64,000 nucleotides of DNA from Endomicrobiales bacterium (GCA_963794945.1 CAWCFT010000013.1:10606-74605), one strand, 5' to 3'. Counted from the stretch's first letter, positions 43,129 through 53,424 are shown. The notes: generated by a model not told the origin, from the sequence alone. Numbers and translations are program-made.

Positions 43129-43733
43129 TTGAACACATACGCGGCACTGTGGATTCAAAAAGCCTCGAGAGCGTCGTTGTAGACGCGGTCGGAATGGGCT
43201 ACAGGGTCTTTGTTCCGGTCTCGAGCTCGGATAAGATACCGGCTGCCGGAAGAGAAGTCAAGCTCTTTGTGGTAGAATCCACCGCGATGTACGGCGGGAG
43301 CACGACACTGTACGGATTTTTGACGGAAGAAGAGAGGAACATTTTCCTGCTTCTGAAAGAATCTGTACCCGGTGCCGGCGCCAAAAAGGCTATGGAATAC
43401 CTGGACAAGATAACAAAATCCCTTCCGGATTTTAGAAGAGTGATATTAGCGAAGGACACATCGTCGCTTACAGGTATTTTCGGTTTTACAAAGAAGACAG
43501 CCGAAAAACTTGTCGCGGCGCTCAAAGATAAGATCGGCGAGATAGCCATATCTGGCAAAGAAAAATGGGTCAAAGAAGAAACCAGTTCCGTTCAGTCTGA
43601 GGCTGTGTCCGGCCTTGTGTCCATAGGCTACCGCGAGAATCAGGCGAGGGATGCTGTCGCTAAGGCACTGGAGAACGGCTCGAGAGAACTCTCGGTACAG
43701 GAAGCGATACTCGAAGCGCTCAAACACCTTTAA
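43125..43733 (+). CDS. ruvA: Holliday junction branch migration protein RuvA
   Basis: GMGY, LYGF, synteny between ruvC and ruvB. Confidence 0.92.
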   Translation: MIEHIRGTVDSKSLESVVVDAVGMGYRVFVPVSSSDKIPAAGREVKLFVVESTAMYGGSTTLYGFLTEEERNIFLLLKESVPGAGAKKAMEYLDKITKSLPDFRRVILAKDTSSLTGIFGFTKKTAEKLVAALKDKIGEIAISGKEKWVKEETSSVQSEAVSGLVSIGYRENQARDAVAKALENGSRELSVQEAILEALKHL

Positions 43734-43758
43734 AAGTTTTTTTTATAAAAGGAATATT

Positions 43759-44805
43759 ATGCAAGATAAAGACGCGGAAAACGTGCTGGCAGGAGTGAAG
43801 ACACCCGAGGAAGAAAAACTCGAAACAACCCTTCGCCCCCAGAACCTTGATGAATTTATAGGGCAGAAAAAACTCAAGGAGAACCTCAAGGTCTTTATAG
43901 AGGCGGCCAAGAAACGCAAGCAGCCGCTGGACCACTGTCTTTTCTATGCTCCGCCGGGGCTCGGCAAGACCACACTCGCTAATATTATAGCCAGAGAGAT
44001 GGGTGTCAACATGCGTGCAACCTCGGGCCCGGTGCTTGAACGCGTAGGCGACCTGGCAGCCATACTTACCAGCCTCTCGGAAGGCGACGTATTCTTTATA
44101 GACGAGATACACCGCATGAACCACCTTGTTGAGGAATCTCTTTACCCGGTGATGGAAGATTTCGAGTTGGACATTATAATCGGGCAGGGGCCGTCCGCGA
44201 AGACCATTAAACTGCCGGTGCCGAAATTCACGCTGATTGGCGCCACCACACGCGCAGGACTTCTCTCGGGCCCGATGCGCGACCGTTTCGGTATAATCGA
44301 ACACCTCAATTTCTATTCTCCGGAAGAACTCGAACTGATAGTGAAACGCTCCAGCAAGATATTGAAAATAGAGATCGACAATGAAGGCGTCAGCGAGATA
44401 GCCCGCCGTTCGCGCGGAACGCCGAGGATAGTAAACAGGCTGCTCCGGCGCGTGAGGGATTTTGCCGAGGTGCGCTCTGACGGAAAAATCACAAAAGAAT
44501 CTGCGAAAACTTCGCTCGACGCGCTCGAAGTAGACAGTGCTGGGCTCGACGGCATGGATAGGATGATACTGCGTACAATAGCGGACAAGTTCTCTGGCGG
44601 ACCGGTCGGCATCGATACCATCGCCGCCGCGGTCTCTGAAGAAGTCGATACGATCACGGACGTCTACGAACCCTTCTTGATACAGTCAGGTTTTCTTTCG
44701 CGTACGCCGAGGGGCAGGGTGGTAACGCCGAACGGCTACGCGCAGATAGGCATGAGGCCGCCGGGCGGGCCCGCCGGAAAAGACCTGTTAGGCGAGAGCC
44801 TTTAG
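43759..44805 (+). CDS. ruvB: Holliday junction helicase RuvB
   Basis: [25 protein letters not shown]. Confidence 0.96.
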   Translation: MQDKDAENVLAGVKTPEEEKLETTLRPQNLDEFIGQKKLKENLKVFIEAAKKRKQPLDHCLFYAPPGLGKTTLANIIAREMGVNMRATSGPVLERVGDLAAILTSLSEGDVFFIDEIHRMNHLVEESLYPVMEDFELDIIIGQGPSAKTIKLPVPKFTLIGATTRAGLLSGPMRDRFGIIEHLNFYSPEELELIVKRSSKILKIEIDNEGVSEIARRSRGTPRIVNRLLRRVRDFAEVRSDGKITKESAKTSLDALEVDSAGLDGMDRMILRTIADKFSGGPVGIDTIAAAVSEEVDTITDVYEPFLIQSGFLSRTPRGRVVTPNGYAQIGMRPPGGPAGKDLLGESL

Positions 44806-44814
44806 CAGCAGAAC

Positions 44815-45684
44815 ATGGAACATGTAAATTTTTTAAAATTCAGCGAAAGCGTCAATTTTCTTTCAAACCCGCATCCGCTTTTTAAGGTCGGGGCGAGCCT
44901 TTCTCCTTACGCAGGCTGCTCGATGGGCTGCGTATACTGCCCGTTCGGGTTCGAGAGGAAGATAGGCGTAAAGACAGATTTTCTTCATAACCTCAACAGA
45001 AAACTCTCTAACGCGGCTGGGGAGATACACCTTGGACTCGGAGCGAGCTGCGAGCCGTACTGCGAACAGGAAAAAGAATTCAATATAACCCGCAACTCGG
45101 TGGAGTTGATATCGAAGCACGATTTTCCTCTGCAGATATTTACGAAATCTTCACTGGTCCTGCGGGACTTAGACCTGCTGCGCGGACATTCTGAAAAAGG
45201 CCTCCTAGCGGTAAGCGTTTCTCTTATGGCAACGGATGACAAGCTCTCCGAGATATTCGAACCATTTGTGATACCTTCCGGCGAAAGGGTGTCATTGATA
45301 AAAGAACTTTCAAAAAACGATATTTTCACCGGGGCAGTCCTTGCCCCGATAATCCCTTACATCACGGATTCGGAAGAACAGCTTGACGGCGTGTTCGAGA
45401 AGGTAAAACGCGCGGGCGGGCAATATGTGCTGCCTTCGGTACTCTGCGCAGGATCACCAGCGGCGTTCAATAACCTTAAAGAAACTATTCTGGAGCGATT
45501 TCCTAACATATTCCACAGGATAGACACGATATATGAAAACTCCAGGCTCCCGGTGGTTACGTACACGGGAAGAATGAACGACCTGCTTGAAAAACTAAGC
45601 CGGAAGCACGGACTTCCTCTCAATATCCCCACTGAAAAAGAAGAGAACCTTCCCCAGGGTATACGGCAGGAACTGCTGAAATGA
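44815..45684 (+). CDS. SplB/Rv2578c-like radical SAM protein
   Basis: SPYAGCSMGCVYC, FTKS.LVLRDLD, APIIPYITD. Confidence 0.75.
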   Translation: MEHVNFLKFSESVNFLSNPHPLFKVGASLSPYAGCSMGCVYCPFGFERKIGVKTDFLHNLNRKLSNAAGEIHLGLGASCEPYCEQEKEFNITRNSVELISKHDFPLQIFTKSSLVLRDLDLLRGHSEKGLLAVSVSLMATDDKLSEIFEPFVIPSGERVSLIKELSKNDIFTGAVLAPIIPYITDSEEQLDGVFEKVKRAGGQYVLPSVLCAGSPAAFNNLKETILERFPNIFHRIDTIYENSRLPVVTYTGRMNDLLEKLSRKHGLPLNIPTEKEENLPQGIRQELLK

Positions 45685-46328
45685 AAAATGGCCTGCTATT
45701 GCACAACTGCTGCGCGCCTTGTTCCGTGAGTGCGGTCAGAAACCTTAAAGCCGAGTTCGACCTGCAGGGCTTCTGGTTTAACCCGAACATACATCCGGCC
45801 GAAGAGAACATTAAACGCAGGGATTCAGTTGCGGCGCTCGCGGCAAAAAATAATTTCGCGCTTAATTTCGGTCCGGAATACAGCGAAGCCCGGTGGACAG
45901 AGACCGCCTGTATGCCCGGGACAGACAGGTGCAGGTTCTGCTATTCGCTGAGGATGAAAGAAACTGCAAAAAAGGCAAAGTCGCTTGGTTTGGAGCTTTT
46001 CACGACATCGCTGCTTTCGAGCCCGTACCAGAAGCACGATATGATAAAAGAGACTGCTGCCGAGGCTGCGCGTTCGGAAGGTGTGCAATTTTATTACAGG
46101 GACTTCAGGCCTTTCTATTATGAAGGCAGGAACGAAGCCAGGTCGCTCGGTTTCTACATGCAGAAATACTGCGGCTGCAGATTTTCTAAAAAAGAAAGGG
46201 AAGCAGAGAAGGAACTAAAGAGCCGGGCAGTAAACCCCGTTAGAGATACATCAACGGGGTTGTCAGGTAAGAGTGCCGATAAGAAAAACAAACTTAGTAT
46301 TACTATCTCTAACGGGGTAAAGAAATAG
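45681..46328 (+). CDS. queH: Epoxyqueuosine reductase QueH
   Basis: LLHNCCAPC, NPNIHP, RCRFC, YMQKYCGC. Confidence 0.9.
   Translation: MKNGLLLHNCCAPCSVSAVRNLKAEFDLQGFWFNPNIHPAEENIKRRDSVAALAAKNNFALNFGPEYSEARWTETACMPGTDRCRFCYSLRMKETAKKAKSLGLELFTTSLLSSPYQKHDMIKETAAEAARSEGVQFYYRDFRPFYYEGRNEARSLGFYMQKYCGCRFSKKEREAEKELKSRAVNPVRDTSTGLSGKSADKKNKLSITISNGVKK
46230..46321. repeat. Palindromic MITE-like insertion in the queH 3' end
   Basis: 15-bp perfect IR ACCCCGTTAGAGATA (46234-46248) / TATCTCTAACGGGGT (46304-46318); GTAAA direct repeats 87 bp apart. Confidence 0.7.
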
Positions 46329-46339
46329 CCGGGAATAAG

Positions 46340-46555
46340 ATGGTTCAGTTAGGAAAAATACTTGTAGTTTTAGGAGCGTTCCTTGTGGCCGCAGGGCTCT
46401 TGTTCATTTTCGGAGCGAGAGTGCCGTTCCTGGGCAAACTGCCGGGCGACATTTTGATAAAAAAGGAAAATTTTACTTTTTACTTTCCGCTGACCACGTC
46501 GATATTGCTAAGCGTTGTGCTGTCACTGTTGTTCCGGATATTCAGGCATAAATAA
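46340..46555 (+). CDS. DUF2905 small membrane protein
   Basis: LGKLPGDI..K.ENFTFYFPLTTSILLS. Confidence 0.88.
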   Translation: MVQLGKILVVLGAFLVAAGLLFIFGARVPFLGKLPGDILIKKENFTFYFPLTTSILLSVVLSLLFRIFRHK

Positions 46556-47713
46556 ATGAAAAAAATTATCGCTCATTGTCTGTTCGTAGTCATTATTCTC
46601 TCTTCTCTGGGCGCCATGCCCGGCTATACCCGAAGGCTCCCTGAAACTATCATAAGGGTCGGGATTCTGGTCGGAGCGAAATCATTTAACCTCAGCTGTG
46701 AGAGCGCGTACTCGCTTTACGACACGGCTTCGGACAGTCAGAAAGATATTAAGCCTCAGGATGATTACCTGGTAAAGACGAACGGGAAGGCCATATTGCT
46801 AAAAGGTGAAAAGTACGGCCCTTCCGTGAGGCTCGCTTCGAAAGAGAACGGTAGTTTCATCAGGATCAACGGCAGAAGATATAAAGACAGCATTTTGATA
46901 ATAATAAAAAATAAGAAGCTGACAGTAGTCAACGAGCTTGGCCTGGAGGATTACATCTGCGGCATACTCCCAAAGGAAGTGAACCCGGACTGGCCGGCGG
47001 ACGCCCTCAAAGCGCAGGCTGTAATTTCAAGGACATACGTTCTTAAGAACCTGAGAAAACACGAGAAGCAGGGTTTTGACATATGCACAGAGACCCACTG
47101 CCAGGTGTACGGCGGGGTGGAATCCGAAGACCCTCGCACCAATGCCGCGGTGGAAGCCACTCGCGGTGATGTGCTTGTCTACAAAGGAGAGCTTGCCCAG
47201 TCGCTTTTTCACGCCTCCTGCGGTGGCCACACTGAGAACCCTAACTGCGTATGGACATGGGAGGCAGCGGCCCCTGAATACTTGAAGGGTGTAAAAGATG
47301 ATTTCTGCAGCAACAGCCCGCACCAAAACTGGAAAAACAGTATAAGCGGGGAAACAGTAAGGGTAAAGCTCGCGAAGTCCGGCTATGCCACCGGCAAAAT
47401 ATCAAAGATAACTATGTCCGGCCACGATGATTCCGGCAGGCCCGAGAAACTGAAGATAAGGGGTTCAAAGGGCACCATTTCTATAACGCCCGCAAAGTTC
47501 AGGATGGCTGTAGACCCGTGGCTGGTAAAGAGCGCTTTCATAACCGATATCGGTGTCCATGGAAAGGACATAGTTATAGAAGGCAAAGGCTGGGGCCACG
47601 GCGTAGGAATGTGCCAGTGGGGTGCGAAAGAGATGGGCGGCAAAGGTTACGACTACAAAAAGATACTTGAGTTCTATTACCCCGGAACTAGCGTTGAGAA
47701 ATGGGAAGAATGA
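46556..47713 (+). CDS. SpoIID/LytB domain protein
   Basis: LEDY..G..PKE, ALKAQAV..RTY, CQVY.G, GWGHGVGMCQWGA. Confidence 0.9.
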   Translation: MKKIIAHCLFVVIILSSLGAMPGYTRRLPETIIRVGILVGAKSFNLSCESAYSLYDTASDSQKDIKPQDDYLVKTNGKAILLKGEKYGPSVRLASKENGSFIRINGRRYKDSILIIIKNKKLTVVNELGLEDYICGILPKEVNPDWPADALKAQAVISRTYVLKNLRKHEKQGFDICTETHCQVYGGVESEDPRTNAAVEATRGDVLVYKGELAQSLFHASCGGHTENPNCVWTWEAAAPEYLKGVKDDFCSNSPHQNWKNSISGETVRVKLAKSGYATGKISKITMSGHDDSGRPEKLKIRGSKGTISITPAKFRMAVDPWLVKSAFITDIGVHGKDIVIEGKGWGHGVGMCQWGAKEMGGKGYDYKKILEFYYPGTSVEKWEE

Positions 47714-47724
47714 TTAACCCAGCG

Positions 47725-47750
47725 CTAAGGGATAAGTGGTAAGCTGTAAG
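47725..47750 (+). repeat. TAAG-heptamer repeat, half element
   Basis: CTAAGGGATAAGTGGTAAGCTGTAAG; 24/26 identical to 50496-50521. Confidence 0.65.
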
Positions 47751-47781
47751 AAAATCAAAATAATCCACAGCATGTAAATAA

Positions 47782-48510
47782 ATGAACACAATATTTTATT
47801 CTATTTCTATATCATTGTTTGACAGCTTGTCGACCACTCAGCAGATAATAGTTTTCATACTGCTGCTTACGACCGCGAAACCGCTGAGGAACTCTCTGAG
47901 CTACCTCGCGGGGCTTATGGGTGCGTATTTTGCCTGCGGTATCGCAGGATACATGACGCTGGGCCAACTGCGCGATTTTCTCGGAAAATATTTCCCATCT
48001 TCTGCAAATCTTCCCAATATTCAATATTATCAATCGGAATTTATTATGGGAATAATAATGATAGCTATCGGTGTCTGGTATTTCCGCAGGAAAAAACCGG
48101 CGGGGCAAAGCCGCACAGAAAATATGATACTTTCAAAACTGCGGACAATGAACAGTTTGTTTGCCTTCGGTATAGGTATATTTATTTCGGTGACATCGTT
48201 CCCATTTTCCATACCGTACCTGATCGCGCTTGGCAAATATTCGACGCTTCACCTCTCGCTTGCCGCGGCGGCCGGGTATGTGCTTCTTTACAACTTTGGC
48301 TACGCGTTGCCTATGATCCTTATTTTCTTCATTTACCTTATCGCCCTGCACGGCGTCGAAGACAGCCACGACACACTGCACGAAAAAGCGAAAATGCTTA
48401 ACCTCCACCTAACCACATGGACGTTCGCAGGTTTCGGGCTCTTTTCTATTGTGGACGCTGGCTGCTACTTTACAATAGGCCACGCGCTGATAAAAGGCAG
48501 GTACTTCTAA
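47782..48510 (+). CDS. GAP/Sap (LysE-like) family membrane protein
   Basis: DSLS..FILLL, six or so hydrophobic segments, PY..A..YN..LP pattern. Confidence 0.6.
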   Translation: MNTIFYSISISLFDSLSTTQQIIVFILLLTTAKPLRNSLSYLAGLMGAYFACGIAGYMTLGQLRDFLGKYFPSSANLPNIQYYQSEFIMGIIMIAIGVWYFRRKKPAGQSRTENMILSKLRTMNSLFAFGIGIFISVTSFPFSIPYLIALGKYSTLHLSLAAAAGYVLLYNFGYALPMILIFFIYLIALHGVEDSHDTLHEKAKMLNLHLTTWTFAGFGLFSIVDAGCYFTIGHALIKGRYF

Positions 48511-48515
48511 CACAT

Positions 48516-48591
48516 ATTCAAAATTTAAGATTTGATGATTTAAGATTAAAAAAGATCTTAATGTTCAAATTTTCAATCTTCAATTTTCAAT
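48516..48591. repeat. Heptamer-periodic inverted repeat (ATTTAAG type), copy 2
   Basis: ATTCAAA-ATTTAAG..ATTTAAG-ATTAAAA mirrored by TTTCAAT-CTTCAAT-TTTCAAT. Confidence 0.75.
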
Positions 48592-48597
48592 TAATCT

Positions 48598-49659
48598 ATG
48601 AACGAATTGAACATTTCATCTTACGAGTACGAGCTACCTAAAGAACTAATAGCCCAGAGGCCTCTTGATAAAAGGGACACATCAAGGCTTCTCGTTCTTG
48701 ATAGATCGAGCGGCTCCGTGCGGCATAAAAAATACACGGACATTATCGATTACTTAAACCCCGGGGACTGCCTTGTTCTTAACCGCACAAAAGTAGTGCC
48801 GGCTCGCCTGTTTGGAAAAAAAGAAACCGGCGGCAAGGTTGAAGCGCTGTTCTTGAACCCGGTAGAACTTAAAGAAGGCGGGGCCGGAAGGGCTCTTTTA
48901 AAGCCGTTCATGGAGATAGACAAAAAAATACTTTTTCATGGCGGGCTTACCGCGACAGTGGAATCTAAAACCGAAAGAGGCGAAACCGTACTCAGGCTCG
49001 ATGGCGCTGACCCGCAGAAAACGCTTCTGGAGTTCGGCAAGATGCCACTTCCTCCGTACATCAAGAGGCCGGGTGAGGGCGACGGGCTTGTATCGTTCGA
49101 CAGGGAGCACTACCAAACTGTTTACGCGGAAGAGAACGGCTCGATAGCCGCGCCGACAGCAGGGCTGCATTTTACTCCCGATCTGATAAACAAGATAACC
49201 GAAAAAGGGATAAGAATAGCCAAGGTTGTACTGCACGTTGGATGGGGGACGTTCAAACCGCTTATTTCTGAAGATATATCTAAACACGTGATGCTTCCCG
49301 AGAGCTACGAGTTGTCACACGAAACGGCCGAGACACTTAACATCTGTAAAAAGAGCGGTGGCAAAGTAATCGCGGTCGGAACAACCAGCGTCCGCGCCCT
49401 TGAAAGCGCCGCGCTTTCTGAGGATTTCGAAACTAGCGGGTTTAAATCTGTGAAAGCAGAAACATCGATATTTATCTATCCGGGACACAAGTTCAAAGCT
49501 ATAGACCGGATGGCAACCAATTTTCACCTGCCTCACTCTACGCCGCTAGTCATGGCCTGTGCCCTTGCTGGAAGAGAAAAGATTTTCAGGGCCTACGCGG
49601 AAGCGATAAAAGAAAAATACAGGTTCTTTTCCTACGGCGATGCAATGCTGATTATTTAA
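48598..49659 (+). CDS. queA: S-adenosylmethionine:tRNA ribosyltransferase-isomerase
   Basis: PLPPYI, YQTVYA, AAPTAGLHF, TNFHLP, YRFFSYGDAM. Confidence 0.96.
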   Translation: MNELNISSYEYELPKELIAQRPLDKRDTSRLLVLDRSSGSVRHKKYTDIIDYLNPGDCLVLNRTKVVPARLFGKKETGGKVEALFLNPVELKEGGAGRALLKPFMEIDKKILFHGGLTATVESKTERGETVLRLDGADPQKTLLEFGKMPLPPYIKRPGEGDGLVSFDREHYQTVYAEENGSIAAPTAGLHFTPDLINKITEKGIRIAKVVLHVGWGTFKPLISEDISKHVMLPESYELSHETAETLNICKKSGGKVIAVGTTSVRALESAALSEDFETSGFKSVKAETSIFIYPGHKFKAIDRMATNFHLPHSTPLVMACALAGREKIFRAYAEAIKEKYRFFSYGDAMLII

Positions 49660-49794
49660 ATCAATTCAGATATCAAACATCAAAGATCAAAATTTAGGAG
49701 TTTGCCTGCGGCAAACTTATTTTGAATATATCGCTAAAGGCGACACAATAAATTTTAATATTTTATTTTTGATATTTGATGAGATGTATTTGAT
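49660..49794. repeat. Heptamer-periodic inverted repeat (ATCAAAN type) with internal GC hairpin
   Basis: ATCAAAC-ATCAAAG-ATCAAAA .. AGTTTGCC-TGC-GGCAAACT .. TTTTGAT-ATTTGAT. Confidence 0.6.
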
Positions 49795-49818
49795 TTGGTA
49801 TAATCAAACGGTAAATTT

Positions 49819-50487
49819 ATGGGAAAAACAATAACATTTGAACAAGTAGTGAACAATCCGTTAGCCGAAACTTTCCTTAAAACGGCCGATGCGAATTTTG
49901 CGGCTATTGGTTTTAAGGAACACGGCCTGCGCCACGCACATCTGACGGCGGATATCGCGGGTAATGTTCTCAAGTTCCTCGGCTACCCGGAACGCGACGC
50001 GGAACTCGCTAAGATCGCGGGCTACCTGCACGATGTCGGTAATGCCATCTGCCAGACGGATCACGGACAGAACGGCGGTATCATGGCGCTTGATATCCTT
50101 GAAAAGATGGGCATGCCTTACAAAGAGATATTTCCGGTGATAGAAGCTATAGGAAGCCACGAAGACAAATCCGCGGACACTCCATCCGCGATATGCGCGG
50201 CTGTTATACTTGCCGACAAAACAGACGTGAACCACGCGCGGGTGCGCTCGGATGATCTCGCTTCTCTTGATACTCACGCAAGGGTCAACTATGCATGCCA
50301 AAGGGCTTTCCTTCGGGTATCCAAAGAAACCATGACGGTATCGCTTGAGCTGACCATAGACACGAAGATCTGTCCCATAATGGATTATTTTGAGATATTC
50401 ATGACAAGGATAAAGTTCTGCAGGAAAGCTAGCCGCGCTCTCAACTGTGTGTTCGAACTCTACATAAATAAAGACAAGTTCATATAA
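49819..50487 (+). CDS. HD-domain phosphohydrolase (paralog 1)
   Basis: EHGLRH, YLHDVGN, LADKTDV..RVR. Confidence 0.88.
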   Translation: MGKTITFEQVVNNPLAETFLKTADANFAAIGFKEHGLRHAHLTADIAGNVLKFLGYPERDAELAKIAGYLHDVGNAICQTDHGQNGGIMALDILEKMGMPYKEIFPVIEAIGSHEDKSADTPSAICAAVILADKTDVNHARVRSDDLASLDTHARVNYACQRAFLRVSKETMTVSLELTIDTKICPIMDYFEIFMTRIKFCRKASRALNCVFELYINKDKFI

Positions 50488-50495
50488 CGGCAGGA

Positions 50496-50521
50496 CTAAG
50501 GGATAAGTAGTAAGCGGTAAG
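50496..50521 (+). repeat. TAAG-heptamer repeat, half element
   Basis: CTAAGGGATAAGTAGTAAGCGGTAAG. Confidence 0.65.
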
Positions 50522-50580
50522 TTTAAGACCAAAATCATTTCAAACCGGCCAGCCAGTCGTATTAAAATAGGACGGAAACA

Positions 50581-51726
50581 ATGTCTAAATCTCCTTTTGA
50601 AGTAATAAAAAATTCTTCTGAATGCGCGGCCCGCTTGGGTAAACTTACAGCTGCGCGCGGCGTAATCAACACACCCATCTTCATGCCTGTTGGCACTCAG
50701 GGCACTGTTAAAGCGATCTCCAACGAAGAGCTCGAACAGTCCGGTGCCGAAATAATCCTCTCAAACTCATATCATCTCTACTTGCGTCCCGGCACCGAGA
50801 CCATCGAAAAAGCCGCCGGAGGCATAAACCGTTTTATCGGCTGGAAAAAGCCCATGCTTACCGATTCGGGCGGCTTCCAGATATTCAGCCTTGCTACCCT
50901 AAGAAGGATAGACACCGAAGGAGTTGAGTTCCAATCTCATATAGACGGATCCAAACACTTCTTTACACCCAAGAGCTCAATGGAGATACAAAAAAAGATA
51001 GGCGCGGACATCATAATGTGCTTTGATGAATGCTCGCCTTACCCGTGCACTCACGAGTACGCGGCGCGTTCCATGCGTATGAGCGTGGAGTGGGCGAGGC
51101 GCTGCAAAGAAGCCTTTGAGATACCAGGGCCTGAATACAGCCGCGGCCAGCTTTTATTCGGCATTATCCAGGGTTCGGTGTACAACGACCTGCGCAAGGA
51201 AAGCATTGAAAAGACAATTGCGATAGGTTTCCCGGGCTATGCCCTGGGTGGGTTAAGCGTTGGAGAGCAGAAAGAAGAAATGATCTCCGTGCTTGACGCC
51301 GCAAAAGAACTTTTGCCAAAGGATAAGCCCAGATACCTTATGGGTGTTGGAATGCCTGAAGACATATGGGAAGCTGTTGAGCGGGGCATAGACATGTTCG
51401 ACTGCGTTCTTCCTACGAGAAACGGCAGGAACGGACAGGCATTTACCAGCATCGGCAAGGTCAACATTAAGAACGCTGAATACGTTAGGGATTTCGGCCC
51501 GCTCGACCCGGATTGTTCCTGCCCGACCTGCAAAGGCTATTCAAGGGCTTACCTTAACTTTCTATTCCGGGCCCAGGAGCTGTTGGTACTTCGGCTTTTA
51601 TCTTTACATAATATTTATTTTTTGATAAAATTACTGGAACTTATAAGGAAATCCATCGAATCAGATTCGTTTATCAAGTCAAAAAGAGAATTTTTCAGCA
51701 AGTATAACTCAGGCAGGAACATATGA
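50581..51726 (+). CDS. tgt: tRNA-guanine transglycosylase
   Basis: TPIFMPVGT, TDSGGFQ, GGLSVGE, DCVLPTR, CSCPTC. Confidence 0.96.
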   Translation: MSKSPFEVIKNSSECAARLGKLTAARGVINTPIFMPVGTQGTVKAISNEELEQSGAEIILSNSYHLYLRPGTETIEKAAGGINRFIGWKKPMLTDSGGFQIFSLATLRRIDTEGVEFQSHIDGSKHFFTPKSSMEIQKKIGADIIMCFDECSPYPCTHEYAARSMRMSVEWARRCKEAFEIPGPEYSRGQLLFGIIQGSVYNDLRKESIEKTIAIGFPGYALGGLSVGEQKEEMISVLDAAKELLPKDKPRYLMGVGMPEDIWEAVERGIDMFDCVLPTRNGRNGQAFTSIGKVNIKNAEYVRDFGPLDPDCSCPTCKGYSRAYLNFLFRAQELLVLRLLSLHNIYFLIKLLELIRKSIESDSFIKSKREFFSKYNSGRNI

Positions 51727-52797
51727 AAACCAGAGCACTTCTGACAGTCGCGTCTATAGTATTTTTTGGTTCGCTGTGTATCGCGGCCTCAAAAAAAATC
51801 GCAAGACCTTGATATAATACGCGCGGGCCTTAAAGATACCAGCAGCGAGATACGAGAGCTCTCTGCCCGTTCGCTGGGTGAAGTAGGAGATAAGGGTTCT
51901 GTTACGTCGTTAAAAGAAATGCTTTTGGATCCCAGTGATTCACTGAAAATAACCGCCGCCGTGGCTCTTTCAAAACTTGGCGACAGGTCGGGGCTTGCTG
52001 AGGTGCGGAAAATACTTAAGACCGCGCCGAAGCTCTCGGAAAACCCTAAACCCTATGAGAGGGTCAGGGCAATGGCTAAAGGAACGGTGCGCGCCCAGGC
52101 TGCGCGCGAACTCGGGAACCTTAAAGATAAAGAGTCAATGCCGCTGCTGAACTCTATGATAGAAGACGAGGATGGCCGCGTGGCAGATGCTTCCCTTATA
52201 GCCCTCGCGAAGATGGGTGATAGTTCCGGTGTTAAGCAATTTATTTCGGCTCTTGAGAGCACGAAACAGGAAGTAAGGGCGAAGGCGGCCGAAGCTCTCG
52301 GCGACATTGGCGACCAAAGCGCCGTAGAGCCGCTCAGGAAAAGGCTCAAAGACTGGGACAAGAACGCCAAGGCCGCGGCGGTGCTCGCGCTGGGTAAATT
52401 AAAAGACAAAACCAGCACGCCGGCCATAAAAGAACTTCTCTGGGATAAGGAAGACGTTGTAAAAGAAAAGGCCGCTGAGGCTCTTGGATATATGGGCAAC
52501 ACGGATGTAACGCCCGCGCTAAGAGAGCTTTTGAAAGACAAGAACGGTTTTGTGCGTTTCGCCGCGGTGGAAGCGCTTTACAGGCTTGGCGAGGATTCCG
52601 ACAAGGAATTCATACTTTCAGCGCTCAAGGCCGATGAGAAAGACGCTAAACTCCGGGCGCTAAGCATACTGGAGAAGACCGCGACCGCGAAAGACATCCC
52701 GGCCCTTGAACCCCTTACTTCTAATGCTGATAAGGAAGTATCTATAACGGCCGCGAAAGTTATAGTCTTAGCCCAATCAAGAGAAAAAACGAAATAG
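51723..52797 (+). CDS. Secreted HEAT/PBS-lyase repeat protein, frameshift in the A-run near 51795
   Basis: Signal peptide MKTRALLTVASIVFFGSLCIA, then repeated VRxxAAxALGxxG units. Confidence 0.85.
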
Positions 52798-52809
52798 TGA
52801 AAATAAGAC

Positions 52810-52903
52810 GCTATAAGCTGTAAGTTGTAAGCTGAAAGAAGTGTCAAAATCAAAATAGAGTTTTTGTTTGTTGCTTAAAACTTATAGCTTACTGCTTAAA
52901 GCT
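52810..52903. repeat. Heptamer-periodic inverted repeat (TAAGCTG type)
   Basis: GCTATAA-GCTGTAA-GTTGTAA-GCTGAAA mirrored by GCTTAAA-ACTTATA-GCTTACT-GCTTAAA. Confidence 0.7.
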
Positions 52904-52920
52904 AATAACAGGAGCATTCT

Positions 52921-53313
52921 ATGAAAAATGTAAACCACAAAGTGTTGTTCTCGTTAATTTTTGGAAGCTGTATGCTTTTGTCAGGGATCGTCTCGGCTGC
53001 CGACATGCCGGGAGCCTCAAGCCCTCTGGGAGGGTTCTTTCCGCTCATAATCATATTCGTGATTTTCTATTTCTTCCTCATACGCCCGCAGCAAAAAAAA
53101 GCCAAAGAACACCAGAACCTTATCAACGCATTGAAGAAAGATGATAAGATAATTACAAGCGGCGGCATCTATGGCACTGTAGCCGCGGTAAAAGGCGATG
53201 TGATCGAAGTCAAGATCGCTGAGAACGTCAAAGTCATGGTGGCAAAGACAGCGATAAGCACGGTAATACCGCCTGATGCTCCCGAAGTTGTGACGCCTGA
53301 AATTGTAAAATGA
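52921..53313 (+). CDS. yajC: Preprotein translocase subunit YajC
   Basis: FYFFLIRPQQKK, ITSGGIYG. Confidence 0.93.
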   Translation: MKNVNHKVLFSLIFGSCMLLSGIVSAADMPGASSPLGGFFPLIIIFVIFYFFLIRPQQKKAKEHQNLINALKKDDKIITSGGIYGTVAAVKGDVIEVKIAENVKVMVAKTAISTVIPPDAPEVVTPEIVK

Positions 53314-53424
53314 AATCGTTGAAATAAGTTTTATGATTTCGTCCTTGGATGTTTCTATCGAGGATCCGGATGTTTGTAAAACAATAACGATATCGTGATG
53401 GATTCCTGATAGAGAATCTCGGGC

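Noticed and set aside
44815..45684. Radical SAM next to queH as a queuosine-pathway enzyme (QueE/QueL)
   Set aside because: Its motifs fit the SplB/Rv2578c-like group, and it follows ruvB, so a DNA-repair context is at least as plausible.
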